A stretch of 64,000 bases of DNA from NCBI RefSeq assembly GCF_963921235.1, contig NC_086097.1, forward strand, positions 104,968,001 through 105,032,000. Reading direction: 5' to 3'. Made by a program: the position numbers and the translations under genes. The stretch is from Mobula hypostoma. Taxonomy: Eukaryota. A model generated the notes under the pieces. It had not been told where the DNA came from. It did no database searches and saw only the letters and a list, made by a program, of their open reading frames with translations. Shown here in pieces: positions 12,669-24,400 of this stretch (positions are counted from its first letter, which is position 1; every line of letters starts with the position of its first letter).

Positions 12669-13457
12669 TGTAACACCTGTGTGGCACCAGTCTTATCGCA
12701 TGTGACTAGCTGCCGCACTCTTTGAGAAAATCAAGTTACACTGGATGCTAATAGGCCATCAGAAGATTCTGGTATCGGAAGGAGGCAGTGACTAGAAACC
12801 ACACACTTCTGGAGATAAGGTTTGTTTGTAAGAAAAAAAAACGTACAAAATATTTACATGAGCAAGAGCAATTCAAAATTCCAACATTCTGTCCAGGTTC
12901 CAAATCTTAGATCTCAAACCACAACATATTCCTTTTAAATTAGAATCACTGAGATTCCTTTATTACTCTAATCTTAACTAATTAGATCTCGTGTTGTTCC
13001 CTATTTAGCTAGATAGAAAACCAAATATAATTCCTATTCTTAAGTATTCTAGTTAACCTAAGTCTCAGTTCCAGGCAGTATATCTACAAGTCTAAATTCA
13101 AAAATTATATATGCACAGTTTAACTCCTTTCACGACAATTCTCCAACATCACAACTCTTAAATAAAGTAAATCTCAATAAGTAACTTATCAGTTCTTGCA
13201 GAAAATCAAATTCAGATTCTTCGAATGAAAATCAACTTGTACATCCAACCATATTAAATCCTCTGCATCATTACACATTCAGTTCCTATGCTGGTTCTTC
13301 ACAGAAACATAGAAAACTGACAGCACAATACAAGCCCTCCGGCCCACAAAGTTGTGCCAAACATGTACCTACCTTAGAAATTACTAGACTTACTAGCCCT
13401 CTATTTTTCTAAGCTCCATGTACCCATCCAAAAGTCTCTTAAAAGACCCTAATGTAT

Positions 13458-13681
13458 GGCCTGTGGCCATCAAACTTTACAACTCCTCCCTTGGAGGGTC
13501 AGACACCCTGAGCCAATAGGCTGGTCCTGGACTTATTTCCTGGCATAATTTACATATTATTATTTAATTATTTATGGTTTTATATTGCTATATTTATACT
13601 CTATTCTTGGTTGGTGCAACTGTAAGGAAAACCAATTTCCCTCGGGATCAATAAAGTATGACTATGACTGTGATTGTGACT
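13458..13681 (+). mobile_element. Rex1-like LINE 3' end inserted in CR1, 6-bp TSD
   Basis: cctgtggccatcaaactttacaactcc (PVAIKLYNS), then aatttccctcgggatcaataaa and a (tatgac)-like tail. ATGTAT is present at 13452-13457 and 13682-13687. Confidence 0.75.
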
Positions 13682-14105
13682 ATGTATCCACCTCCACCAC
13701 CATTGCTGGCAGCCCATTCCAGGCACTCAACACTCTGAGTAAAAAAAAACTTAACCCTGCCATCACCTCTGTACCTACTCCCCAGCACCTGAAACCCGTG
13801 TCCTCTTGTGGCAACCATTTCAGTCCTGGGAAAAAGCCTCTGACTATCCACATGATCAATGCCTCTCATCATCTTATACACCTCTATCAGGTCACCTCTC
13901 CTCCTCTGTCACTCCAAGGAGAAAAGGCCAAGTTCACTCAACCTGTTTTCAGAAGGCATGCTCCCCAATCCAGGCAAAATCCTTGTAAATCTTTGCAACC
14001 TTTCTATGGCTTCCACATCCTTCCTGTAGTGAGGCGACCAGAACTGAGCACAGTACTCCAAGTGGGGTCTGACCAGGGTCCTATATAGCTGCAACATTAC
14101 CTCTC

Positions 14106-14329
14106 AAATCAAGTCACTTTTTATTGTCATTTCGATCATAACTGCCGGTACAGTACACAGTAAAAATGAGACGTTTTTCAGGACCATGGTGCTACATGAA
14201 ACAATCCAAAAACTACACTGAACTACGTAAAACAAATCAAAAACTACACTAGACTACAGACCTACCCAGGACTGCATAAAGTGCACAAAACAGTGGCAGG
14301 CATTACAATAAATAATAAACAAGACAATA
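14106..14329 (-). mobile_element. Short LINE 3'-end fragment inserted in CR1
   Basis: It interrupts the CR1 text (acattacctctc|...|gctcctaaattgaattcc). The minus strand ends ...gacaataaaaagtgacttgatttg (AATAAA plus short-repeat tail). Confidence 0.6.
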
Positions 14330-17300
14330 GGCTCCTAAATTGAATTCCATGATTAATGAAGGCCAATACACCATTATGCCTTCTGAACCACAGCGTCAAC
14401 ATGCGCAGCTGCTTTGAGCGTCCTATGGACTCGGACCCCAAGATCCCTCTGATCCTCCACACTGCCAAGAGTCTTACCATTAATATTATATTCTGCCATC
14501 ATATTTGACCTACCAAAATGAACCATTTCATACTTATCTGGGTTGAACTCCACCTGCCACTTCTCAGCCCAGTTTTGCATCCTATCAATGTCCCACTGTA
14601 ACCTCTGACAGCCCTCCACACTATCCATAATACCTCCAACATTTATGTCATCAGCAAACTTACTAACCCATCCCTCCACTTCCTCATCCAGGTCATTTAT
14701 AAAAATCACGAAGAGTAAAGGTCCCAGAACAGATCCCTGAGGCACACCACTGGTCACCGACCTCCGTGCAGAATATGACCCGCCTACAAACACTCTTTGC
14801 CCTCTGTGGGCAAGGCAGTTCTGGATCCACAAAGCAATGTCCTGTTAGATCCCATGCTTCCTTACTTTCTCAATAGCCTTGCATATGGGGTACCTCATCA
14901 AATGCCTTGCTGAAATCCATATACACTACATCTACTGCTCTTCCTTCATCAATGTGTTTAGTCACATCCTCAAAAAATTCAATCAGGCTCGTAAGGCACA
15001 ACCTGCCCTTCACAAAGACATACTGACTATTCCTAATCGTATTATACCTCTCTCCAAATGTTCATAAATCCTGCCTCTCAGGAGCTTCTCCATCAATTTA
15101 CCAACCACTGAAGTAAGACTCACTGGTCTATAATTTCCTGGGCTATCTCTACTCCCTTTCTTGAATAAAGGAACAACATCCGCCACTCTCCAATCCTCCG
15201 GAACCTCTCCCGTCCCCATTGATGATTGAAAGATCATCGCCAGCGGCTCAGCAATCTCCTCCCTCGCCTCCCACTGTAGCACTGTATCTCATTCGGTCCC
15301 GGCGACTTATCCAACTTGATGCTTTCCAAAAGCTCCAGCATCATCCTCTTTCTTAATATCTACATGCTCAAGCTTTTCAGTCTGCTGCAAGTCAGCACTA
15401 CAATTACCAAGATTCTTTTCTATAGTGAATACTGAAGTATTCATGAAGTACCCCGGCTCTTTCCTCCAGTTCCATACACACTTTTCCACTGTCACATTTG
15501 ATAGGTCCTATTCTTTCACGTCTTATCCCCTTGCTCTTCACGTATTTGTAGAATGCCTTGGGGTTTTCTTTAATCCTGCCAGCCAAGGCCTTCTCATGGC
15601 CCCTTCTAGCTCTCCTAATTTCCTTTTTAAGCTCCTTCCTGTTAGCCTTATAATCTTCTAGATCCCTATCAATACCTAACTCTTTGAACCTTTTGTAAGC
15701 TTTTCTTTTTTTCTTGACTAGATTTATTACAGCCTTTGTACACCACGGTTCCTGTACACCACCATAACTTCCCTGTCTCATTGGAACATACTTATGCACA
15801 ACACCACACAAATATCCCCTGAACATTTGCCACATTTCTTCTGTACCTTTCCCTGAGAACATCTGTTCCCAATTTAAGCTTCCAATTTCCTGCCTGATAG
15901 CCTCATAATTCCCCTTACTCCAATTAAATGCTTTTCTAACTTGTCTGTTCCTATCCCTCTCCAATGCTATTGTAAAGGAGATAGAATTATGATCACTATC
16001 TCCAAAATGCTCTCCCACTGTGAGATCTGACACTTGACCAGGTTCATTTCCCAATATCAAAGCAAGTACAGTCTCTTCTCTTGTAGGCTTATCTACATAT
16101 TGTGTCAAGAAACCTTCCTGAACATACCTAACAAACTCCACCCCGTCTAAACCCCTCGCTCCAGGGAGATGCCAATCGATATTTGGGAAATTAAAATCTC
16201 CCATCACGACAACTCTTATTATTACACCTTCCAAGATCAGATTCCCTATCTGCTCCTCAATATCCCTGTTGCTATTGGGCGGCCTATAAAAAACACCAAG
16301 TTATTGACCCCCTTCCTATTCCTAACCTCCACCACAAAGACTCTGTAAACAATCATTCCATGACATCCACCGTGACATTATCTCTGGTCAACACGCCCCC
16401 ATCACTTTTGCCTCCCCCCTGTCCTTTCTGAAACATCTAAAACCCGGCACTTGAAGTAACCATTCCTGTCCCTGAGCCATCCAGGTCTCTGTAATGGCCA
16501 CCACATCATAGCTCCAAGTACTGATCCATGCTCTCAGCTCATCCGCTTTGTTCACAATACTCCTTGCATTAAAATACACATCTCAAACCTTCCATCTGAG
16601 TGCGTCCATTCTCTTATCACCTGCCTATCCTCCCTCACACACTGTCTCCAAGCTTTCTCTATTTGTGAGCCAGCCGCCTCTTCCCCAGTCTCTTCAGTTC
16701 GGTTCCCACCCCCCAACAATTCTAGTTTAAACTCTCCCCAGTAGCCTTAGCAAACCTCCCCGCCAGGATATTTGTCCCCCTGGGATTCAAGTGCAACCTG
16801 TTCTTTTTATACAGGTCACACCTGGCCCAAAAGAAGTCCCAATGATCCAGAAATCTGAATCTCTGCCCCCTTCTCCAATCCCTCAGCCACGCATTTTATT
16901 TTATCCTCCACCTCATTCTATTCCTATTCTCACTGTCACGTGGCACAGACAGTAATCCCGAGAATGCTACCTTTGCAGTCCTGTTTCTCAACTTCCTTCC
17001 TAACTCCCTGTAGTCTTTTTTCAGGACCTCTTCCCTTTTCCTATCCATGTCATTGGTACCAATATGTACCACGACTTCTGGCTGTTCTCCCTCCCACTGC
17101 AGGATATCTTGGACGGCTGGCCATCTTGTTTCTTGGTTCACTGGAATGAAATAGTTGATCATCCACGGAAAGTCAGTTTCCAAAGTTGTACAAAAACTTG
17201 ACCAAATCCCTTTGTATGATTTTATAAAATAATTCCCCACTACACGGTAGGGATTTTGGATACTGGTCTCTGCCAATATTGTCTCGTGGAAGCTGCTGCA

Positions 17301-17894
17301 TGTTATAGCTGTAGCTTCTTGGTTCTTGATCCTCCAAAATATTGCGCATGGTGCTTCAATAAATCCTTCATCTTTAGTTTCTCCAGGGGTTTCACCCTGT
17401 GGGTTTCAAGTTAGTAAAGTAAAGATACTACTAATTCCACTCTTAACGGTTCATGTCTTCAACTTCTAATCGTTGCTGCGTCCCGCCCATCCCACCCTCG
17501 CAGAGCATTTTTTCCATTTAAAAAAATCGTTTCATCCCTCTGCTGGTCGAACTTATTAACAATACAACTTTGGGCTTAATTAACATATGGCTATACAGAT
17601 CTCGTACTTGAGCTCATAATCTCTACTTTGTTCTGGCTCTGTACTTTCTGTGTAATACTTTATTCTACTCTCTGATACTCTTTTAACTTTTGTATTGAAC
17701 TCATTTGAATGAACAAGATAAATGTGTCATTTCAGTACATGTGATGATAATTAATCAATTTACCCCTTTGCACCCACACCCTTCAAACTCTCCACTTAAT
17801 CCACATTCTGCATTTACCCCCTATCCCTCAGCCCACAAGGCACCTCAAATCACACATTTGACACTCGACGCCTCTCAGCCCACGTATCTATCTC

Positions 17895-20800
17895 TGTCTG
17901 TCTGTATCTTGTTTTACGGCGGTTGGCATCCAGTTTAATGGTGCATTACCGCCACCCTCTGCTCCGGAATGTGCACTAGACATACATTCTAAATCCCTTC
18001 ACCCAATCACGCGTGCGCACACACACACACCTACACTTCACCCTCCCATCTTTGACCATCCTAGTATCCTATTCCTGTTTATTCGTCATATTCTATAAAA
18101 AACCCCTGTACCCCTTAAACACGCTAAAAATACCCGGACTTGTGCTCTCTCACCCATGCCCAGCAACCCTTTTAATGTGAATTCCTGCATCCCCAACTCC
18201 CTTAATTTATTTCTCATCATCTCTCTCTGTATCCCATACTTCCTGCAATACAAAACTACATGTTCTACTGACTCCTCTTCCCGACATTCCTCACACAATC
18301 CTGTCTGGTGTTTCCCTATCATTTTCAATGTTTTGTTTAATGCACAATGCCCCAGCCTTAACCTAGTCCACACAATTTCCTCTCTTCTGTTTCTATTACC
18401 TACCCTAGTAACTGCAACACTCTTTTGTATTTGATATAAATGCCTCCCTTTCCCCTCCCTGTCCCATCTTGCCACATTCGGTTGACTTTTTCCCAGATTA
18501 CACACTTAACCTCTGCTTTACTGATACTAATCTGCATTTCCACATTTTCTTTCTTTAACGCCCTCTTTGCCAACTCAGCCACCCTCTCATTCCCCTTCAC
18601 CCCCTCATTCCCCTTCACCCCTACATGTGCTGGAACCCATAGAAATTTTACCTGACCTCCCTGATTTGCAATTCTTGTAACTAACTGAAGGACTTCATAA
18701 AGTACATCTTGCCGACTGTGTGAAAAGACCTTAAACTTACTAGAACTGAGGATGAATCTGAACATATCAATGCTTTGGCTTGTCTGGCTTTCTGCACCCA
18801 TTGCAACGCAACCAACACTGCCAGCATCTCCACTGTAAACACCCCTAACTTATTAGATGTTCTTCTGCTGATTTCAATTTCTTTTGCTAGTATTACCACC
18901 CCAAACCCTGTCACTCCTGTTTCAGGTTCCTTCGCACCATCCGTATAAATGTGAGTATAATCACTATACTTTTCCATCACATGACAGTTAAATGCATTTA
19001 CCAAATCTGTTTTATATCTTTCTTTCCTTTTTACCTCTAACAAATGCCAGTCTATGTCAGGCCATACAAGCTTCCATGGAGCTACAACCGGATAAACTAC
19101 TGAAGGACTTATCCTCAGATCAAATACTCCACATTCTTTCGCGATATCATTCCCTACCCGACTAAAGGTATCCCTCTGAAACCTCCCATTTTCCCAGCAC
19201 TCCTGCAACACTCCTTTAGTAGGGTGAGAATCATTGTGCCCCTGCAAGTTAGCCCAGTAGTTTGCCATTAGTTGCATCCTTCTTAGTTCCAAAGGCATTA
19301 TTCCCATTTCTACCTGTAGGGCTGACACTGGTGACGTTTTAAAAGCCCCACTGCACACTCTCAAGGCCTGAGCCTGAATCATATCCAGTTTCCTTATAAG
19401 AGACCTAGCTGCTGATCCATATACTATATCTCCATAATCCAATACAGATCTCACTAAACCACATATATTCTCTTCAAAGCTGAACAACTTGCTCCCCATT
19501 CCCTACCAGTAAAACATCTCATCACATTTATTACTTTTTTACATTTCTCCTCAACTTTCCTGATATGGTCTGCCCATGTTAATTGTGAATCAAATATAAC
19601 TCCCAGAAATTTAAATGATGCAACCCTTTCTAATTCAACCCCATACATCCTTAACTTCTTCTCTACCTCAACCCTTTTCCTGGTAAAAAATACAGTTTGA
19701 GTTTTATCTAGTGAAAATCTACATCCCCAATCATAACCCCACTCCACCACCTCATCAATTGCTTCTTGTAGTTTCCTGATTATATGGTCCATGTTCCTGC
19801 CTCTTTTCCAGAAGGCCCCATCATCCGCAAACAGTGACCTACCAATATCCACTGGTACCTTTGTGAAGACATCATTGATCATAATGATGAAAAGTAACGG
19901 GCTAATCACACTACCTTGAGGTGTGCCATTTTCCACTATGTACTGTTTTGATAATTCTGATCCAATCCGAACTTGAATTTTTCTACCCCAACAAAAAATC
20001 TTTAATCCAATTAAAAACTCTCCCACCAACCCCCATCTTGTGCAGTTTAATTAATAATCCTTCCTTCCACATCATATCATAGGCTTTTTCAATGTCAAAG
20101 AACACTGCCACTACTGACTCTCTATTTGCCTGGCCTTCCTTATTTCAGTCTCTAACATAATCACTGAGTCCATGGAATTCCTTCCCTTTCTAAAACCACT
20201 CTGATAACTTGCCAGCATTCCCCTTTTCTCAAGCTCATATGATAACCTTTCTGTTATCATCCTTTCCATTATCTTACATATACTTGATGTTAATGCAATT
20301 GGTCTGTAGCTAGTGGGTTTTGACAGATCCTTGCCAGGCTTCCTTATTGGAATTACTACTGCTTCTTTCCATGCACTTGGTAATCTTCCCTCCTCCCACA
20401 CTCTGTTATAAAAATGTAGCAACTTCAAGTGCACTCCTTCTCCTAGACTTTTTAGCATCACAGAGCATATCAGATCTTTCCCTGGGGAGGTTGGTCTCGA
20501 TCTCTTTATTGCTCTCACCATTTCTGCTAATGTAAATGGATCATCAATTATATCATCTGTTCCTTCCCTCCTGCTTAACACACCTGGGTGTTGGCTCATT
20601 ATTCTTTCCCTTCTTCTTCTCCCTTCTTCAGACCAATTTTCTGAACTGTGTATCAGTACAAATGACTTGGCCATGACCTCAGCCTTATCCCTACTGGATA
20701 CTGCAGTTTCCTCCTCAGATATCATTACTGGATATTCCCATTCCCTTCTCTATCTCCTCCCATCCTGTTAATCATTCCCCATATCTCTCCCACAGGTGTT

Positions 20801-21172
20801 GTTCTTCCTACCTTGTCGCAAAAACTCCTCCAACTTGGCCTTTAAGCTTGACGTATAGTTCTTCTCACCACTGTCTGTGCTTTCTTATATTGAACCAAAT
20901 GCTGCATATTATGGGTTCTTTTAACTAGCCTGAATGCTCTATTTCTGTTTTTTACAGCCTGACAACATTCCTCTGTCCACCATGGTACCAGTTTTCTCTA
21001 CATCCTATTTTTACTCCGAGGTATAGATCCTTCTGCTGCCATGATAATTGCTGAAGTCACCTGACTGTTTAATTCATCTACATTTCCAGAAATATCAATC
21101 TTTGTCAACCCTTCTTCACTCAACTTCTGGAACTTACCCCAATCAGCTTTTTCAAACACCCACTTTGGGGTT
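17895..21172 (-). mobile_element. I-group (Nimb-like) non-LTR retrotransposon: RT + RNase H + CCHC knuckle, 5'-truncated, frameshifted, 14-bp TSD
   Basis: SYRPIALTS, YQSGFRKGR, GTPQGSVISP, LFADD. RNase H motifs IYTDGAK...EMLA...SDS...WVPAHVGVKGNE. C-terminal RLRLGH...CEEC...ESVEHVVLYC. CACGTATCTATCTC is present at 17881-17894 and 21173-21186. Confidence 0.9.
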
Positions 21173-21219
21173 CACGTATCTATCTCAAAACTACACAACT
21201 CTTTACACCCTACACTTAC

Positions 21220-21318
21220 CCGACACACCTCACGTCCCACGGTGACTGCCGTTGCCCGGTGACCGTTGCCGAGATACGCGGTTTGTTTTTTTTTCCGGGG
21301 GGCTTCAGTCGCTTCCAT
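21220..21318 (-). other. Putative first exon of an unidentified minus-strand gene (possibly coding, 33 codons)
   Basis: Consensus donor CGG|GTAAGT with GT at 21219-21218. ATG at 21318 in the context GGAATGG reads open as MEATEAPRKKKQTAYLGNGHRATAVTVGREVCR to the donor in phase 0. Confidence 0.5.
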
Positions 21319-21379
21319 TCCGATGCTGGCTGTGCTGCGAATCTGGTGTGAGCAATCAGGAAGATTGATTGAGGGGAAG

Positions 21380-21459
21380 AGTTGGGGAGGGGGAGGGGGT
21401 ACAGTGCGAGGCAGAAAGGGGAGGTGAAAAGGACAGTGACCGGAAGTAGGTGAAGAGTG
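21380..21459 (+). other. Putative non-coding first exon of HEATR4 (start uncertain)
   Basis: Donor GTG|GTGAGT at 21460, with weaker alternatives at 21346/21348. The next convincing plus-strand acceptor with an exon is at 62067. Confidence 0.4.
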
Positions 21460-24400
21460 GTGAGTGTGGAACGATGGAAGGTTGGGTGGGTTTGGGGTGG
21501 GAGTATGGGGAGAATGGGTGGGAGTATGGGGAGAAGGGGTGGGTGAGTTTGGTGTGAGAGAATGTGGAGAAGGGGTGGGTGAGTTTGGGGTGAGAGAATG
21601 TGGAGAAGGGGTGGGTGAGTTTGGGGTGAGAGAATGTGGAGAAGGGGTGGGGTGGGTTTGGGGTGGGAGTATGGGGAGAAGGGGTGGGTGGGTTTGGGGT
21701 GAGAGAATGTGGAGAAGGGGTGGGTGAGTTTGGGGTGAGAGAATGTGGAGAAGGGGTGGGTGAGTTTGGGGTGAGAGAATGTGGAGAAGGGGTGGGGTGG
21801 GTTTGGGGTGAGAGTATGTGGAGAAGGGGTGGGGTGGGTTTAGGGTGAGAGAATGTGGAGAAGGGGTGGGTGAGTTTGGGGTGAGAGTATGAGGAGAAGG
21901 AGTGGGTTTGGGGTGAGAGTATGGGGAGAAGGGGTGGTGTGGGTTTGGGGTGAGAGTATGTGGAGAAGGGTGGGTGGGTTTGGGGTCAGAGTATGGGGAG
22001 AAGGGGTGGGTTTGGGGTCAGAGTATGGGGAGACGGGTGGGGTGGTTTGGGGTGAGAGTATGGGGAGAAGGGGTGGGTTTGGGGTGAGAGTATGGGGAGA
22101 AGGGGTGGGTAGGTTTGTGGTGAGAGTATGGGGAGAAGGGGTGGGGTGGTTTGGGGTGAGAGTATGGGGAGAAGGGGTGGAGTGGGTTTCGGGTGAGAGT
22201 ATGGGGAGAAGGGGTGGGGTGGGTTTGGGGTGAGAGTATGTGGAGAAGGGTGGGTGGGTTTGGGGTCAGAGTATGGGGAGAAGGGGTGGGTTTGGGGTCA
22301 GAGTATGGGGAGACGGGTGGGGTGGTTTGGGGTGAGAGTATGGGGAGAAGGGGTGGGTTTGGGGTGAGAGTATGGGGAGAAGGTGTGGGTAGGTTTGTGG
22401 TGAGAGTATGGGGAGAAGGGGTGGGGTGGTTTGGGGTGAGAGTATGGGGAGAAGGAGTGGGTGTGTTTGGGGTGAGAGTATGACGAGAAGGAGTGGGTGG
22501 GTTTGGGGTGAGAGTATGGGGAGAAGGGGTTGGGTGGGGGTGTGAGAGTATGGGAAGAAGGGCTGGGTGCGTTTGGAGAGTGAGCATGGGGAGAAGGGGT
22601 GGGTGGGTTTGGGGTGAGAGTATGGGGAGAACGGGTGGGTGGATTTGGGGTGAGAGTATGGGGAGAACGGGTGGATGGGTTTGCGGTGAGAGTATGGGGA
22701 GAAGGGTGGGCTTGTTTGGGGTGAGAGTGTGGGGAGAAAGGGGTCGGTGGGTTTGTGGTGAGAGTATGGGGAGAAGGGGTGGGTGGGTTTGGAGAGAGAG
22801 AAATGGGGAGAAGGGGTGGGTAGGTTTGTGGTGAGAGTATGGGGAGAAGGGGTGGGGTGGTTTGGGGTGAGAGTATGGGGAGAAGGGGTGGAGTGGGTTT
22901 GGGGTGAGAGTATGGGGAGAAGGGGTGGGGTGGGTTTGGGGTGAGAGTATGGGGAGAAAGGGTGGATGGGTTTGGGGTGAGAGTATGTGGAGCAGGGGTG
23001 GGTGGGTTTGGGGTGAGAGTATGGGGAGAAGGGGTGGGGTGGGTTTGGGGTGAGAGTGTGGGGAGAAAGGGGTCGGTGGGTTTGTGGTGAGAGTATGGGG
23101 AGAAGGGGTAGGTAGGTTTGGGGTGAGAGTATGGGGAGAAGGGGTGGATGGGTTTGGGGTGGAGTATGGGGAGAAGGTATGGTTTTGGGGTGAGATGGGG
23201 AGAAGGGGTGGGTTTAGGGTGAGAGTATGGGGAGAAGCTGTGGGGTGGGTTTGGGGTGAGAGTATGGGGAGAATGGGTGGGTGGGTTTGGAGTGACAGTA
23301 TGGGGAGAAGGGATGGGTTTGGGGCGAGAGTATGGAGAGAAGTGGTGGGTGGGTTTGGGGTGAGAGTATGGGGAGAAGGGGTGGGGTGGGTTTGTGGTGA
23401 GAGTTTGGGGAGATGGGGTGGGTTTGGGGTGAGAGTATGGGGAGAAGAGGTGGGTTTGGGGTGGAGTTTGGGGAGAATGGGTGGTTTTGGGGTGAGATGG
23501 GGAGAAGGGGTGGGTTTGGGGTGAGAGTATGGGGAGAAGAGGTGGGGTAAGTTTAGGGTGAGAGTATGCGGAGAAGGGGTGGGGTGGGTTTGGGGTGAGA
23601 GTATGTGGAGAATGGGTGGGTGGGTTTGGAGTGAGATTATGGGGAGAAGGCGTGGGTGAGTTTGGGCTGAGATTATGGGGAGAAGGTGTGGGTTGGGGTT
23701 GGGGAGAGAGTATGGGGAGAAGGGGTGGGTTTGGGGTGGAGTTTGGGGAGAATGGGTGGTTTTGGGGTGAGATGGGGAGAAGGGGTGGGTTGGGTTTGGG
23801 GTGAGTGAATCGGGAGAAGGGGTGGGGTGGGTTTGTGGTGAGAGTATGGGGAGATGGGGTGGGTTTGGGGTGAGAATATGGGGAGAAGGGGTGGGTGGGT
23901 TTGGAGTGACAGTTTGGGGAGAAGGGATGGGTTTGGGGTGAGAGTATGGAGAGAAGGGGTGGGTGGGTGTGTTTGGGGTGAGATTATGGGGAGAAGGGGT
24001 GGGGTGGGTTTGTGGTGAGAGTTTGGGGAGATGGGGTGGGTTTGGGGTGAGAGTATGGGGAGAAGATGTGGGGTAAGTTTAGGGTGAGAGTATGGGGAGA
24101 AGGGGTGGGGTTGGGGTGAGTATGTGGAGAATGGGTGGGTGGGTTTGGAGTGAGATTATGGGGAGAAGGCGTGCGTGAGTTTGGGGTGAGATTATGGGGA
24201 GAAAGGGTGGGGTGGGGTTGGGGAGAGAGTATGGGGAGAAGGGGTGGTTTTGGTGTGAGATGGGGAGATCGGGTGGGTTTGGGGTGAGAGTATGGGGAGA
24301 AGGGGTGGGTTTGGGGTGAGAGTATGGGGAGAAGAGGTGGGGTAAGTTTAGGGTGAGAGTATGGGGAGAAGGGGTGGGGTGGGTTTGGGGTGAGATTATG

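Larger units (their letters stand above)
13304..17116 (-). mobile_element. CR1 LINE with 3' part of ORF1 (SGNH esterase) and degraded ORF2
   Basis: ORF1 EQPEVVVHIGTND. ORF2 YFNARSI, ITETW, GDFNFPNIDW, SDHN, NYRPVSLTS, GVPQGSVLGP, FADD, RPHLEYC. Many stops and frameshifts, plus two internal insertions. Confidence 0.93.
12669..17597. mobile_element. Putative AT-rich solo LTR (12669-13303 + 17117-17597) split by a CR1 insertion
   Basis: Termini TGTA...TACA. Flanks TATC/GATC are a 3/4 match for a 4-bp TSD. Both halves are non-coding and abut the two ends of the CR1. Confidence 0.45.
21220..21460. promoter_or_regulatory. Putative CpG-rich bidirectional promoter with tandem RFX X-boxes and an ETS/GABPA site
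   Basis: Local CpG cluster in unique sequence. GTTGCCCGGTGAC (21251-21263) and GTTGCCGAGATAC (21265-21277) fit GTNRCC-N-RGYAAC with 1-2 mismatches. CCGGAAGT at 21440-21447. Outward-facing donors on both strands, and the GC skew inverts here. Confidence 0.7.

Noticed and set aside
16896..17276. 126-aa ORF as a host esterase gene
   Set aside because: It is a chimeric frame crossing from LTR-like sequence into truncated CR1 ORF1.
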